From an uncultured Alphaproteobacteria bacterium (GTDB taxonomy: Bacteria > Pseudomonadota > Alphaproteobacteria > Rhizobiales > Xanthobacteraceae), in assembly GCA_963747835.1 (NCBI GenBank), contig CAVVGO010000003.1, positions 138,818 to 202,817 of the forward strand: 64,000 bases of DNA, written 5' to 3'. Below are positions 53,438 to 63,844 of the stretch, piece after piece (within the stretch, counting starts at the first letter, position 1; every line of letters starts with the position of its first letter). Below the pieces are notes generated by a model. That model had not been told where the DNA came from, ran no database searches, and saw only the letters and a list, made by a program, of their open reading frames with translations. Both the position numbers and the translations under genes were made by a program.

Positions 53438-54439
53438 TCAGCTGAGGAGGCCTTTTTCCTGCGCCAGCGCGCGCAGCGAGGTCTCGGGCCGCGCACCGAG
53501 ATGCGAGATGACCTCGGCGGCCGCGAGTGCCCCGAGCGCCGCAGCCTTTTCGTTGCTCAGTCCGCGTGCCAGTCCGAACAGGAAACCGGCCGCGAACAGA
53601 TCGCCGGCACCGGTGGTGTCGACCACCCGTTCGACCGGAAATGCCGGCGCCGCGATCGTGTTCGTCCGGTCGACCACCACGCAGCCCGCAGCGCTGCGCG
53701 TCACCACGGCGTGTCGCGCGTCGTGCCGCAAGGCTGCGATCGCAGTATCGAAATCGGCGGTTTGGTAGAGACTGTGCAACTCGGCCTCGTTGGCAAATAG
53801 CAGGTCCACGGTGCCGGAACGGATGAGATGCAGGAATTCGTCGCGCCACCGGTCGACGCAGAACGCATCCGACAGCGTCAGCGCGACCAGCCGCTTGGCC
53901 TCGTGCGCGATGGCTGCGGCCTTGGTGAACGCCTCCTTGGCATGGGCCGGATCCCACAGGTAACCTTCGAGATACGTGATCGCGGCGCCAGCCACTATCT
54001 CGGGATCGATGTCACGCGGGTGCAAGTCCTGGGCGGCGCCCAAAAAGGTGTTCATGGTGCGCTCGCCGTCCGGCGTCACCAGCACGTAGCAACGCCCGGT
54101 CGAGGGTCCGGCGGCCGATGGCGCGGTATCGAAGGCGACGCCGGCGGCGCGGATGTCGTGGGCGAATACGGTACCGAGCGGATCGCTTTTGATGCGGCCG
54201 ATGAATGCCGCGTGGGCGCCGAACCCCGCCACGCCCACGATGGTATTGGCGGCCGATCCGCCCGAGATTTCCACCGCGGGGCCCATGGCGTCATAGATCT
54301 TCGCTGCGTGCGCCTCATCGATCAGGGACATCGACCCTTTGCGCATGCCATGGGCGGCGAGAAAGTCGTCATCGGCGCGGGCAATCACGTCGACGATGGC
54401 GTTGCCGAGGCCGAGGACGTCGTAGCGGACGGCGGTCAT
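53438..54439 (-). CDS. PfkB-family kinase, adenosine-kinase-like
   Basis: MTAVRYDVLGLGNAIVDVIARADDDFLAAHGMRKGSMSLID...GGSAANT...DTTGAGDLFAAGFLFG. Confidence 0.85.
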   Translation of the reverse strand: MTAVRYDVLGLGNAIVDVIARADDDFLAAHGMRKGSMSLIDEAHAAKIYDAMGPAVEISGGSAANTIVGVAGFGAHAAFIGRIKSDPLGTVFAHDIRAAGVAFDTAPSAAGPSTGRCYVLVTPDGERTMNTFLGAAQDLHPRDIDPEIVAGAAITYLEGYLWDPAHAKEAFTKAAAIAHEAKRLVALTLSDAFCVDRWRDEFLHLIRSGTVDLLFANEAELHSLYQTADFDTAIAALRHDARHAVVTRSAAGCVVVDRTNTIAAPAFPVERVVDTTGAGDLFAAGFLFGLARGLSNEKAAALGALAAAEVISHLGARPETSLRALAQEKGLLS

Positions 54440-54606
54440 GAGGGGCTCGCGGCTGTGGGTCAAGGTTCGCGGTTGCAAAAGGCCGCGCACTATAGCGAGC
54501 AACCGGTAGGTTGCAACGCCGCCGGTGGAAAATTCCCCCGGCCTTCCGTCGGACTTTGCTGACGCGCATCGCGCGGTCCAGGTAATATCGACCCGGAGGC
54601 CACAGA

Positions 54607-56169
54607 ATGTCGATCACGCGCGACGTCACCACCGTTGGCGCCGGGACCCTGACGTCGCGCCTGCTCGGGTTCCTGCGCGACGCCGGCGTAGCGGCGATGC
54701 TCGGGGCCGGAGCGCTATCGGACGCCTATTTCGCGGCGCTACAAATTCCAAACCTGTTCCGCCGGCTACTTGCGGAGGGTGCGCTCAATTCCGCCTTCGT
54801 GCCGATGTCGATGCGCATTCGCGACGAGAACGGCGCCGTCGAGGCCCGGCGGTTCTCTGAGCAGGTGCTCGGCGTGATGGCAGCGTCGTTGTTCGGACTG
54901 GCGCTGTTGTGCGTCGTGTTTGCGCCTGCGATCGTGCACATGCTGACGCCGGGTTTTCGCGGCGAGGGGGAGCGATTCTCTTTCGCGGTCGAGTTTGTCC
55001 GCCTGTCGGTGCCTTATGTCGCAGTGTCCGGCATGGTGGCGGTCGCGGCGTCCGCCCTTAACGCAGAAGGCCGGGTCGCGGCGGCGGCATTCGGCCTCGT
55101 GGTATTCAACCTCGTGCTCGTTGCCGTCGTGGTGACGCTCATTCTGTCTGGGGCGCGGGCGACTGCGGGCACCGCCGCGGTGCTGTCCGGCTCAATGGCG
55201 GTCGCCGGCTGTGCACAACTTGGCTGCGTCGGCGCCGCCTGGCTGCGTATCGACACGAGGCCACGGCGGCTGACGCTGCGGCTCACGCCGGCGGCGCGCC
55301 GGTTCTTCCGGCAGGTGATACCGGGTGTGGTCGCGGGAGGCGTGCCACAGCTCAAGCTGATGGCCGGCGCCATGGTGGCGTCGTCCTCTCAGGCAGCGGT
55401 GTCGTGGCTCTATTATGCCAACCGGCTCTATGAACTTCCGCTCGGCGTCATCTCGATCGCGATCGCCTCGGTGCTGGTCCCGGCGATCGCCGCGAGCCTG
55501 CGCAGCAGCGACGGCGATCATGCCGCCGGCGCGCAGTCGCGGGCGTTCGAAATCGCGCTCGCCCTGTCGCTGCCCTCCGCGGTCGCTTTCGCGGTGCTGT
55601 CGGAGGCGATTGCAGGCGGCTTGTTCCAGCGCGGCGCGTTCGGGCCACGTGACACCGCCATGGTGGCGGCAGCCCTGGCCGCGATATCGGCGGGCCTCCC
55701 GGGCCATTCGCTGGAGAAGGTGCTGGGGGCCGTGTCGTTTGCCCATGAGGATACGCGCACGCCGATGTACACGGCGCTGTGCGGTCTCGCGGCCGCCGTT
55801 GCGGGCGCCATCCTGCTATTTCCTCATTACGGACATGTGGGGGTCGCGGCCGCGATCGCGCTGTCCGGCTGGGTCGGCGCGACCTTGCTCGCCCTCATCT
55901 TGTGGCGGCGCGACTGGCTGAGGATCGAGATCGCTGCGTGGCGACGCGTCCCGTCCATTGTGCTGGCGACCTTCATCATGGGCGCCGTGATCGCGGCCGG
56001 AGATGCCACGATGGTTTTGCTGTTCGACATTTCGGGCTCCTCGCTCGCCCGCATCGCGACGCTTGCCATGCTGGTGATCGTGGGACTTGCGGTTTATCTT
56101 CTCGCTCTGCAGGTATTCGGCGTGACCTCGATGCGCATCCTTGTCGGGAGGTTCCGCGAGCGCTTGTAG
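54607..56169 (+). CDS. murJ: Lipid II flippase MurJ
   Basis: TVGAGTLTSRLLGFLRDAGVAAMLGAGALSDAYFAALQIPNLFRRLLAEGALNSAFVP; 520 aa, polytopic. Confidence 0.9.
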   Translation: MSITRDVTTVGAGTLTSRLLGFLRDAGVAAMLGAGALSDAYFAALQIPNLFRRLLAEGALNSAFVPMSMRIRDENGAVEARRFSEQVLGVMAASLFGLALLCVVFAPAIVHMLTPGFRGEGERFSFAVEFVRLSVPYVAVSGMVAVAASALNAEGRVAAAAFGLVVFNLVLVAVVVTLILSGARATAGTAAVLSGSMAVAGCAQLGCVGAAWLRIDTRPRRLTLRLTPAARRFFRQVIPGVVAGGVPQLKLMAGAMVASSSQAAVSWLYYANRLYELPLGVISIAIASVLVPAIAASLRSSDGDHAAGAQSRAFEIALALSLPSAVAFAVLSEAIAGGLFQRGAFGPRDTAMVAAALAAISAGLPGHSLEKVLGAVSFAHEDTRTPMYTALCGLAAAVAGAILLFPHYGHVGVAAAIALSGWVGATLLALILWRRDWLRIEIAAWRRVPSIVLATFIMGAVIAAGDATMVLLFDISGSSLARIATLAMLVIVGLAVYLLALQVFGVTSMRILVGRFRERL

Positions 56170-56249
56170 CTGTCGTTTAAACTTTCTCGCCTCTTGCCTG
56201 CTGCCGCCGATGCGTGCCATTGACCGCGCAGAAGCGAGGGAGCCGCGCG

Positions 56250-57284
56250 ATGGCGTTCAAGGAGCTGGTGTTTTCCGGGGTTCAGCCGACCGGCAATCTG
56301 CATATCGGCAACTACCTCGGCGCCTTCGTGAACTTCGTGGCGCTGCAGCAGCGCTATTCCTGCATCTATTGCGTGGTCGATCTTCACGCCATCACGGTGT
56401 GGCAGGATCCCGCCGAACTCAAGCGCAGCATCCGCGAGGTGACGGCGGCCTACGTTGCCTGCGGCATCGATCCAAAGAAGCAAATATTGTTCAACCAGAG
56501 TCAGGTCGCCCAGCACGCCGAGCTTGCCTGGATATTCAACTGCGTGGCGCGGCTCGGCTGGCTCAACCGCATGACCCAATTCAAGGAAAAAGCCGGCAAG
56601 GACCGCGAAAACGCGTCGATCGGGCTCTACGACTATCCGGTCCTGATGGCGGCCGACATTCTGGTCTACCGCGCCACACATGTGCCGGTCGGCGAGGACC
56701 AGAAGCAGCACCTCGAATTGTCCCGCGACATTGCGCAGAAATTCAACAACGACTTTGCCGCCACGATCGCGGCGGCTGGCTTCGGAAGCGCGTTTTTTCC
56801 GCTGCCGGAACCGCTGATCCAGGGGCCGGCCACCCGCGTGATGTCGCTGCGCGACGGCACCAAGAAAATGTCGAAGTCCGATCCGTCCGACTATTCGCGG
56901 ATCAATCTCACCGATGACGCCGACGCCATCGCCCAAAAGATCCGCAAGGCGAAGACCGATCCGGAGCCGCTGCCGTCCGAAGAAAAAGGATTGGAGCTGC
57001 GCCCGGAGGCGGACAACCTGGTCGGGATCTATGCGGCGCTCGCCGATACTTCCAAGGCCGCGGTGTTGACGCAGTTCGGTGGCGGTCAGTTCTCGACCTT
57101 CAAGAGCGCGCTGGCGGACCTCTCGGTGGAGCGGCTCGGACCGATCGCGGCCGAGATGAAGCGGCTCTGCGCCGACTCAGCCTATATCGATTCCGTGCTC
57201 GCCGACGGCGCCGCGCGAGCGGAGCTCATCGCGGCTGAAACCATGAAATCCGTCAAGGATATTGTCGGATTGATCCGGCGCTGA
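56250..57284 (+). CDS. trpS: Tryptophan--tRNA ligase
   Basis: [19 protein letters not shown] (HIGH motif) and KMSKS (KKMSKSD). Confidence 0.95.
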   Translation: MAFKELVFSGVQPTGNLHIGNYLGAFVNFVALQQRYSCIYCVVDLHAITVWQDPAELKRSIREVTAAYVACGIDPKKQILFNQSQVAQHAELAWIFNCVARLGWLNRMTQFKEKAGKDRENASIGLYDYPVLMAADILVYRATHVPVGEDQKQHLELSRDIAQKFNNDFAATIAAAGFGSAFFPLPEPLIQGPATRVMSLRDGTKKMSKSDPSDYSRINLTDDADAIAQKIRKAKTDPEPLPSEEKGLELRPEADNLVGIYAALADTSKAAVLTQFGGGQFSTFKSALADLSVERLGPIAAEMKRLCADSAYIDSVLADGAARAELIAAETMKSVKDIVGLIRR

Positions 57285-57287
57285 TCG

Positions 57288-57306
57288 CGCCGCCGGCGGC
57301 GGTTTT
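57288..57306 (+). terminator. Possible intrinsic terminator after trpS
   Basis: 14-nt GC palindrome CGCCGCCGGCGGCG followed by GTTTT, starting 4 nt after the stop. Confidence 0.35.
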
Positions 57307-57406
57307 GGCGCCGCGCTTATCTTGTGCTTTGGCAACCCGGCGTGGCACCATCGGGGCATGAGGCGCCGATCACGGATCGGGGGCGGCGGCGGCCCCGAGA
57401 GGTTCG

Positions 57407-57901
57407 ATGAGCCGGAAGCGACGCAGCTACGAGGTCGGTCACAAGGCGAAATTCCTCGTGATCATCGATGAAACCCCCGAATGCGACCGCGCCGTCTATT
57501 ACGCGAGCCGGCGCGCCGCGCGGGTTGGCGTCAGCGTGGTCATGCTGCGCGTCATCGCCACCGACGATCACGGCCAGCAGTGGCTTGGTGTTGCCGACAT
57601 CATGCGGGCCGAGGCCCATGAGGAAGCCAACAACATGCTCGCCAAGTTCGCGTCACGCTCCAACGGAATCGCCGGCATCACGCCGGAATGCGTGATCCGC
57701 GAGGGCGAGGCGGCGGAGGAAATTCTCAAGCTGATCGAGGAAGACGAGGACATCGCGGTCCTGGTGCTCGCCGCCGGCATCGATACCGAGGGGCCCGGCC
57801 CGCTGGTTTCCCATCTGGGGAGCACGGCCGGAACATTTCCCATTCCCGTCGCCATCGTGCCGGGGCATCTCACCGATGAAGAGCTCGATGCGATGAGTTG
57901 A
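57407..57901 (+). CDS. Universal stress protein (UspA) family
   Basis: KFLVIIDETPECDRAVYYASRRAARVGVSVVMLRVI...EILKLIEEDEDIAVLVLAAG...FPIPVAIVPG. Confidence 0.8.
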   Translation: MSRKRRSYEVGHKAKFLVIIDETPECDRAVYYASRRAARVGVSVVMLRVIATDDHGQQWLGVADIMRAEAHEEANNMLAKFASRSNGIAGITPECVIREGEAAEEILKLIEEDEDIAVLVLAAGIDTEGPGPLVSHLGSTAGTFPIPVAIVPGHLTDEELDAMS

Positions 57902-58001
57902 TCCCGGGATCATGCGGCGGTTGACGTGCCCGCCGTAAACGCCCATCTAAGCGGCGTGATTTGTCCTCGGGCCTTGAACCCGATGCGGCAGGGAGATTGC
58001 G

Positions 58002-58565
58002 ATGTTCATCCAGACCGAGGCGACCCCTAACCCCGCGACCCTCAAGTTCCTGCCCGGTCGGCCGGTGCTGCCTGACAGCGTTCTCGACATCGCGGACGCC
58101 GCGGATGCGGGCAAGTCCCCGCTGGCGGAGCGCCTGTTTGGCATTGCGGGAGTCGCCGGGGTGTTCTTCGGCAGCGACTTCATCACAGTGACAAAGGCGG
58201 ATGCGGACGCGGAGTGGCAGCAGATCAAGCCGGCAATCCTCGGCGCCATCATGGAACATTTCATGTCCGGCGCGCCGCTCCTCAACGGAGCCCAGGCGGA
58301 CACCGACGCCGCGGACGAGTTCTTTGACAGCAAGGACGCCGAAACGGTCGCAACCATCAAGGACTTGATCGAGACGCGGGTGCGTCCGGCGGTTGCCAAT
58401 GATGGCGGCGATATCACGTTCCGGGGCTTCAAAGACGGCATCGTGTTCCTCAACATGAAGGGGTCGTGCTCCGGTTGCCCGTCCTCCACCGCGACCCTCA
58501 AGCACGGCATCCAGAACCTGCTGCGGCATTACGTGCCTGACGTGGTTGAAGTGCGCCCTATGTGA
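58002..58565 (+). CDS. NifU-family Fe-S cluster protein (Nfu N-terminal domain plus NifU C-terminal domain)
   Basis: MFIQTEATPNPATLKFLPG...VRPAVANDGGDITFRGFKDGIVFLNMKGSCSGCPSSTATLKHGIQNLL. Confidence 0.9.
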   Translation: MFIQTEATPNPATLKFLPGRPVLPDSVLDIADAADAGKSPLAERLFGIAGVAGVFFGSDFITVTKADADAEWQQIKPAILGAIMEHFMSGAPLLNGAQADTDAADEFFDSKDAETVATIKDLIETRVRPAVANDGGDITFRGFKDGIVFLNMKGSCSGCPSSTATLKHGIQNLLRHYVPDVVEVRPM

Positions 58566-58627
58566 TAGGGTTGGTGGCCGATCCGATTCTTGATCCGATT
58601 CCTGCGAGATGATCTGCGGTCGAACCG

Positions 58628-59311
58628 TTGCGTGTGCTTGCCATAGACACCGCGCTCGAGGCCTGCTCCGCCGCGGTCCTCGATACCGACCGCAAGAGCG
58701 GGCTTACGAGCCGATCGCTGCCGATGATGCGTGGCCATGCGGAAGCCCTGATGCCTCTCATCGCCGCGGTGATGAGCGATGCTGGTGTTGAATTCGCCGA
58801 TCTCGATCGCATTGCCGTCACGGTCGGGCCCGGCAGTTTCACCGGCCTTCGGGTTGGCGTCGCCGCCGCCCGCGGCATCGCGCTCGCGGCCGGTAAGCCG
58901 GCGGTGGGCTTGACGACGCTCTCGGCAATCGCGGCTCCGTTCTTCGATTCCGACGAAAGCAAGGCGCTGCTGGCCGTCATCGATGCGCGGCATTCTCAAG
59001 TCTACATGCAGTTGTTCGGTCCCGGCGGACGTAGTCTGATTGCGCCGCGGCTCGTTCATGTGCGCGACGCCATCCGGGCCGCCATGGCGAGCCCGACCCG
59101 GATCGTCGGCAATGCAGCGCGGCTCGTCGAATCCGCTTGGCCCGCCGACGAACGCCGCCCGCCGCTGGTGAGCCCGGTGCGGGCACCTGACATTGGCTGG
59201 ATCGCCCGGCTCGGCGCCGCCACCGCCGATGCATCAACCGCCTTGAAGCCGCTTTACCTGCGCGAGCCGGATGCGCGGCCCCAGGAAGCGGGTATTCTGC
59301 CGCGGCGATGA
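58628..59311 (+). CDS. tsaB: tRNA t6A37 biosynthesis protein TsaB
   Basis: MRVLAIDTALEACSAAVLD...LDRIAVTVGPGSFTGLRVGVAAARGIALA. TTG start. Confidence 0.85.
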   Translation: MRVLAIDTALEACSAAVLDTDRKSGLTSRSLPMMRGHAEALMPLIAAVMSDAGVEFADLDRIAVTVGPGSFTGLRVGVAAARGIALAAGKPAVGLTTLSAIAAPFFDSDESKALLAVIDARHSQVYMQLFGPGGRSLIAPRLVHVRDAIRAAMASPTRIVGNAARLVESAWPADERRPPLVSPVRAPDIGWIARLGAATADASTALKPLYLREPDARPQEAGILPRR

Positions 59312-59820
59312 TTTCACCGTTCTTCCTGTTTTCTCCGTTCGCATGGTTTGAATGGGTGTTTGGGCACCCGGAACCTGCGGTGTCGCCGGCGGGTGCCGAG
59401 GACGCGGCGCAGCTCGCGACGTTGCACGCCGAAGTGTTTCAGCGCGGCTGGAGCGCCGAGGAATTCGAGCGCCTTCTGATCGAGCCCAACGTCGTCGCCG
59501 ACCGTGCCATGACGGGTTCGCGCCTCGCCGGATTCGTGCTGTCACGGCTCGCTGCCGACCAGGCGGAGATCCTGTCGATTGCGGTTGCGGCGGGAGAGCG
59601 CCGGCGGGGGCTCGCCGGCAAACTATTGAACGTCCATCTACACCGCCTCGTTGGCTATGGGGTTAACGCACTGTTTCTGGAGGTCGATGAGCACAACGTC
59701 GCGGCCCGGCGTCTTTATGCTGGGTTCGGTTTCGGACAGGTCGGCCGACGCAACGCCTATTACGCGCAAGCCGGGGCGGAGCCGGGCGCGGCGCTGGTGC
59801 TGCGCCGCGACCTCGCCTGA
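59308..59820 (+). CDS. rimI: Ribosomal-protein-alanine N-acetyltransferase (GNAT)
   Basis: ILSIAVAAGERRRGLAGKLL...LFLEVDEHNVAARRLYAGFGF. ATGA overlap with tsaB, the conserved tsaB-rimI pair. Confidence 0.8.
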   Translation: MISPFFLFSPFAWFEWVFGHPEPAVSPAGAEDAAQLATLHAEVFQRGWSAEEFERLLIEPNVVADRAMTGSRLAGFVLSRLAADQAEILSIAVAAGERRRGLAGKLLNVHLHRLVGYGVNALFLEVDEHNVAARRLYAGFGFGQVGRRNAYYAQAGAEPGAALVLRRDLA

Positions 59821-59909
59821 CATGGACGTAATCCGTTTGTCACCCCTGGAGTGTTATTCGTCGCGCCACCTGCGGCGCTCAACAAGGAAAGGCTAACGGT
59901 GCTGACCCG

Positions 59910-60713
59910 ATGGTGCGCCTTGTCCTCTCGATTGGGGTGATCGCCATCGTCACGCTCGCGCTGCTGCCGTTTCAATGGCTCGCGGTGCGGATGGGATGGC
60001 CGTTGCGACGGCGTATCCCGAGCCGATATCACCGCATCGTGTGCCGGGTATTGGGCGTTCGCATCACGGCAATTGGCCGGAGAATCGATGAGCAACCGCT
60101 GCTGATCGTTTCGAACCATGTCTCCTGGCTCGACATTTGCGTCATTACCGCAGTGGCGCCGGTGGTGTTCGTGGCGAAGCGTGAAGTTTCGACGTGGCCG
60201 GTCTTCGGGCTGCTGGCGCGGCTGCAGCGCTCGGTGTTCGTCGACCGCACGCGACCGCATAAGACCGCGGCCGTGAACAGCGAGATCGCCCGCCGACTTG
60301 CCGACGGCGATCCGGTCGTGCTGTTCGGGGAGGGTACTTCGAGCGACGGCAATCGGGTGCTCGCCTTCCGGTCTGCCCTGATCGGTTCCGCCCGGGACGC
60401 GCTTGCCGAGATCGGGCAGAACCGGCAGGTGTGGATTCAGCCGTTGTCGATCGCTTACACCGCAATGCTGGGGCTGCCGCTGGGGCGGCAGAACCGCAAC
60501 CAAGTCGCATGGTATGGCGGCATGTCATTGTGGCCGCATCTGCGGTACTTGGTGGCGCGCGGGGCGGTCGACGTGCGGCTGAGCTGGGGCGAGCCGATTG
60601 CTTATGACGAGATGTCAGATCGCAAGGCGGTGGCGCGGCGCCTCGAGGAGGAGATCCGCGCACTTACGGCGGCGGCCCTGCGCGGCCGGCCCGTGGCAAC
60701 GAGCCCGTCATGA
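59910..60713 (+). CDS. Lysophospholipid (1-acyl-sn-glycerol-3-phosphate) acyltransferase family
   Basis: LLIVSNHVSWLDICV (HX4D variant)...FVAKREVSTWPVFGLLARLQRSVFVDR...VLFGEGTSSDG. Confidence 0.85.
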   Translation: MVRLVLSIGVIAIVTLALLPFQWLAVRMGWPLRRRIPSRYHRIVCRVLGVRITAIGRRIDEQPLLIVSNHVSWLDICVITAVAPVVFVAKREVSTWPVFGLLARLQRSVFVDRTRPHKTAAVNSEIARRLADGDPVVLFGEGTSSDGNRVLAFRSALIGSARDALAEIGQNRQVWIQPLSIAYTAMLGLPLGRQNRNQVAWYGGMSLWPHLRYLVARGAVDVRLSWGEPIAYDEMSDRKAVARRLEEEIRALTAAALRGRPVATSPS

Positions 60714-60805
60714 CCAATTCCTTTTTGGCGCGAAACCCTTTATGACCTATATGAAGGACGGCCGCCGCGCCTCGGGCTGATTAAATCACCAGGAATTACA
60801 ATAGG

Positions 60806-62203
60806 TTGCGAAAGGTCCACGTCAAATCCTACGGCTGTCAGATGAACGTCTACGATTCTCATCGTATGACCGATTTGCTGACGCGTGACGGTTATGCCGA
60901 GACCGCAACCCCGGAGGATGCCGATCTCATCATCCTCAATACCTGTCACATAAGGGAAAAGGCGGCCGAAAAGATCTATTCGGAGCTTGGCCGCATCAAC
61001 AAACTCAAGCGGCAGGCGGTGCTTGCCGGGCGCAATCTCACGGTCGTGGTCGCGGGCTGCGTCGCCCAGGCCGAGGGCGAAGAAATCGCCCGCCGGGCCC
61101 CGGTGGTCGACATCGTGGTCGGGCCGCAGAATTACCACCGGCTGCCGGCACTGCTCGCGAAGGCCGCCCGCGGTGCCCCGGTGGTCGACACCGAGTTTCC
61201 GGTCGAGGACAAATTCGACCATCTGGTACCGGCGACCGCTCCCGCAACCCGCGCCCGCGGCGTTGCGGCCTTCGTCACCGTCCAGGAGGGCTGCGACAAG
61301 TTCTGCACCTTCTGCGTCGTTCCCTATACGCGCGGCGCCGAGATGTCGCGACCGGTTGCCAAGATTGTGGCGGAGGTCGAGCGGCTTGCCGCGGCGGGCG
61401 TGCGGGAAATCACGCTGATCGGTCAGAACGTCAACGCGTACCATGGCGAGGGCGATTGCGGGCGACCTGCGACCCTCGCCGATCTTCTCCACCGCATCAC
61501 CGCAGTGCCGGGCGTGGCGCGCCTGCGCTACACGACAAGCCATCCGGGCGACATGGACGCGAGCCTGATCGCTGCCCATCGCGACATTGCGGCCCTGATG
61601 CCGCAGCTTCATCTCCCGGTGCAATCGGGTTCCGATCGCATCCTTACCGCCATGAACCGCCGTCACAGCCGCGCCGATTATCTCGCGGTGGTGCAACGGC
61701 TGCGCGCCGCCCGGCCCGACATCGCGCTCACCTCCGACTTCATTGTCGGGTTCCCGGGCGAATCCGAGGACGATTTCCGCGATACGCTCCGCATCGTCGA
61801 GGAGGTCGGCTATGCGGGCGCGTTCTCGTTCAAATATTCGTCCCGCCCCGGCACGCCGGCGGCAGCGCAAGACGAACAGGTTCCCGATGAGGTGAAGGCC
61901 GAGCAACTCGCCCGCCTCCAGGACCGCATCGAGCTCCATCAGACGGCCTTCAACGCGGCCTGCGTCGGGCGAAGCTTCGACGTGCTGTTCGATAAACCCG
62001 GGCGGCATTTTGGCCAATTGGTTGGGCGTTCGCCCTACCTGCAGCCCGTCAACGTCACGGCCCCGTCATGGTTAATCGGCGAAATCGCCGCGGTCAGAAT
62101 CACCGGCGTCGGACCGAACAGCCTGTTCGGTGCATTGCGGTCCGAGCCGGAACCGTCGCCGGAGCGTATTCGTCAGCTGGCCTTCGCCGGCATCGGAGGT
62201 TGA
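60806..62203 (+). CDS. miaB: tRNA-2-methylthio-N6-dimethylallyladenosine synthase
   Basis: [18 protein letters not shown]...[19 protein letters not shown] (radical SAM CxxxCxxC)...TRAM domain. TTG start. Confidence 0.95.
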   Translation: MRKVHVKSYGCQMNVYDSHRMTDLLTRDGYAETATPEDADLIILNTCHIREKAAEKIYSELGRINKLKRQAVLAGRNLTVVVAGCVAQAEGEEIARRAPVVDIVVGPQNYHRLPALLAKAARGAPVVDTEFPVEDKFDHLVPATAPATRARGVAAFVTVQEGCDKFCTFCVVPYTRGAEMSRPVAKIVAEVERLAAAGVREITLIGQNVNAYHGEGDCGRPATLADLLHRITAVPGVARLRYTTSHPGDMDASLIAAHRDIAALMPQLHLPVQSGSDRILTAMNRRHSRADYLAVVQRLRAARPDIALTSDFIVGFPGESEDDFRDTLRIVEEVGYAGAFSFKYSSRPGTPAAAQDEQVPDEVKAEQLARLQDRIELHQTAFNAACVGRSFDVLFDKPGRHFGQLVGRSPYLQPVNVTAPSWLIGEIAAVRITGVGPNSLFGALRSEPEPSPERIRQLAFAGIGG

Positions 62204-62240
62204 CTCGTTGGCACGACGCTCACCCGACGCCGGATCCCTG

Positions 62241-63275
62241 ATGGCGAGCCCGGTATCCTCCGATGCCGCGACGCAGATCGTGGTGACCTTCGACGACAAC
62301 CGGTTGGCTTCGGCGCTGTTCGGGCAATATGGACAGAACCTCGCCTTAGTTGAGCGCCGCCTCGGCGTGGTGGCGGAGCAGCGCGGCAATCACATCACTA
62401 TCGCGGGCTCGCGCGATGCCTGCGAGCAGGCCCGCCGCGTCCTCGAGGGGCTCTATGACGAACTGAAACGCGGTCACGAGCTCTCGACCGGCGACGTCGA
62501 GGGCGCGATCCGGCTCGCCATCGCCCAGGGCTCGCTGTTCGATTTCGACACCGCCTCCTCGCGGGCGAACTTTGAGGAAATCAACCTGCGCAAGCGCCCG
62601 GTGCGGGCGCGCACGCCGGGACAGGACGCCTATATCAGGGCGCTGCGCCGCAATGCGCTGGTGTTCGGGGTCGGCCCCGCCGGCACCGGCAAGACGTGGC
62701 TCGCGGTCGCCTATGCTATCGCGTTGTTTGAGCGCAAAGAGGTCGATCGCATCATCCTGTCTCGGCCCGCCGTCGAAGCGGGCGAGCGGCTGGGCTTCCT
62801 GCCCGGCGACTTGCGCGAGAAGGTCGATCCCTATCTGCGGCCGATCTACGACGCGCTGTATGACCTCATGGACGCCCGGATCGTCGAGCGTGCGCTGCAG
62901 ACCAATGAGATCGAAATCGCGCCGCTCGCCTTTATGCGCGGCCGCACGCTGGCGAACGCGATTGTGATCCTGGACGAGGCTCAGAACACCACCTCCATGC
63001 AGATGAAGATGTTCCTGACGCGACTCGGCGAGAACAGCCGCATGATCGTCACCGGCGATCCGAGTCAGGTCGACCTTCCGGCGGGCCAGACATCAGGTCT
63101 TGCCGAGGCGGTGCGGCTTCTCGCTGATGTCGAGGGCATCGGTCGGGTCGTCTTTACCAATGAGGACGTCATCCGGCACGAACTGGTGGCAAAGATCGTG
63201 GCTGCCTATGATAAAGCTCCGGCTGCGTCGCGTCCGGGCGGAAAGCCAAGCGGGATGCCAAGCGGGCCGTCATGA
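62241..63275 (+). CDS. ybeZ: PhoH-like ATPase (YbeZ)
   Basis: VFGVGPAGTGKTWLAVAYA (Walker A)...ILSRPAVEAGERLGFLPGDL...VILDEAQNTT. Conserved miaB-phoH-ybeY order. Confidence 0.9.
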   Translation: MASPVSSDAATQIVVTFDDNRLASALFGQYGQNLALVERRLGVVAEQRGNHITIAGSRDACEQARRVLEGLYDELKRGHELSTGDVEGAIRLAIAQGSLFDFDTASSRANFEEINLRKRPVRARTPGQDAYIRALRRNALVFGVGPAGTGKTWLAVAYAIALFERKEVDRIILSRPAVEAGERLGFLPGDLREKVDPYLRPIYDALYDLMDARIVERALQTNEIEIAPLAFMRGRTLANAIVILDEAQNTTSMQMKMFLTRLGENSRMIVTGDPSQVDLPAGQTSGLAEAVRLLADVEGIGRVVFTNEDVIRHELVAKIVAAYDKAPAASRPGGKPSGMPSGPS

Positions 63276-63835
63276 TGCCTTATCCACCACGTAATGCAGG
63301 GACGGAGCCGGAGATCGATGTCTTGATCGAAGTTCTGGTCGAGGCGCCGCTGTGGCAGGCACTGCCGGATGCTGAAGGCATCGTTCATCGTGCGATAGAA
63401 CTGGCTTCGGACAAAAAGGTATTGGGACACCATCACGGTGGCGAGATCTCGGTGCTGTTGTGCGATGACGCCGCCATTGCCGACCTCAATGCACGCTGGC
63501 GTGGCCAGGACCGGCCGACCAACGTGCTGTCGTTCCCGGCGCCGCCCCCGTTGGCACCGCCCGGACCTGGTAACAAGGCCCCTCTCACCGCCCTTCATGG
63601 GGCTCCCCTTGGGGATATCGCAATTGCGTATGAAACGGTCGCCCGCGAGGCCCGCGAGCAGGGCAAGACCGTGGCGGACCATCTCGCCCACCTCGCGGTC
63701 CATGGCTTTCTCCATCTTTTGGGGTACGATCATCATATCGAGGTCGAGGCCGAACGCATGGAGCGGCTGGAGCGCGATATTCTCGCGCGGATCGGGATCG
63801 CCGATCCTTATGCGTCTCGCGACGTCGAAATCTGA
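63272..63835 (+). CDS. ybeY: rRNA maturation endoribonuclease YbeY
   Basis: TNVLSFP...HLAVHGFLHLLGYDHH zinc motif. ATGA overlap with the phoH-like gene. Confidence 0.9.
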   Translation: MMPYPPRNAGTEPEIDVLIEVLVEAPLWQALPDAEGIVHRAIELASDKKVLGHHHGGEISVLLCDDAAIADLNARWRGQDRPTNVLSFPAPPPLAPPGPGNKAPLTALHGAPLGDIAIAYETVAREAREQGKTVADHLAHLAVHGFLHLLGYDHHIEVEAERMERLERDILARIGIADPYASRDVEI

Positions 63836-63844
63836 ACATTGACC

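Noticed and set aside
57343-57358. Sigma54-like TGGCAC-N5-GGGCA upstream of the universal stress protein gene
   Set aside because: Only the GG/GC core and spacing match; the -12 region deviates from TTGC. No enhancer-binding protein gene or upstream activator sites are visible, so the evidence is too weak to report as a feature.
62068-62075. Third TTAACCAT octamer (reverse orientation) about 170 bp upstream of the phoH-like start
   Set aside because: It lies inside the miaB coding sequence as a single copy and is compatible with chance.
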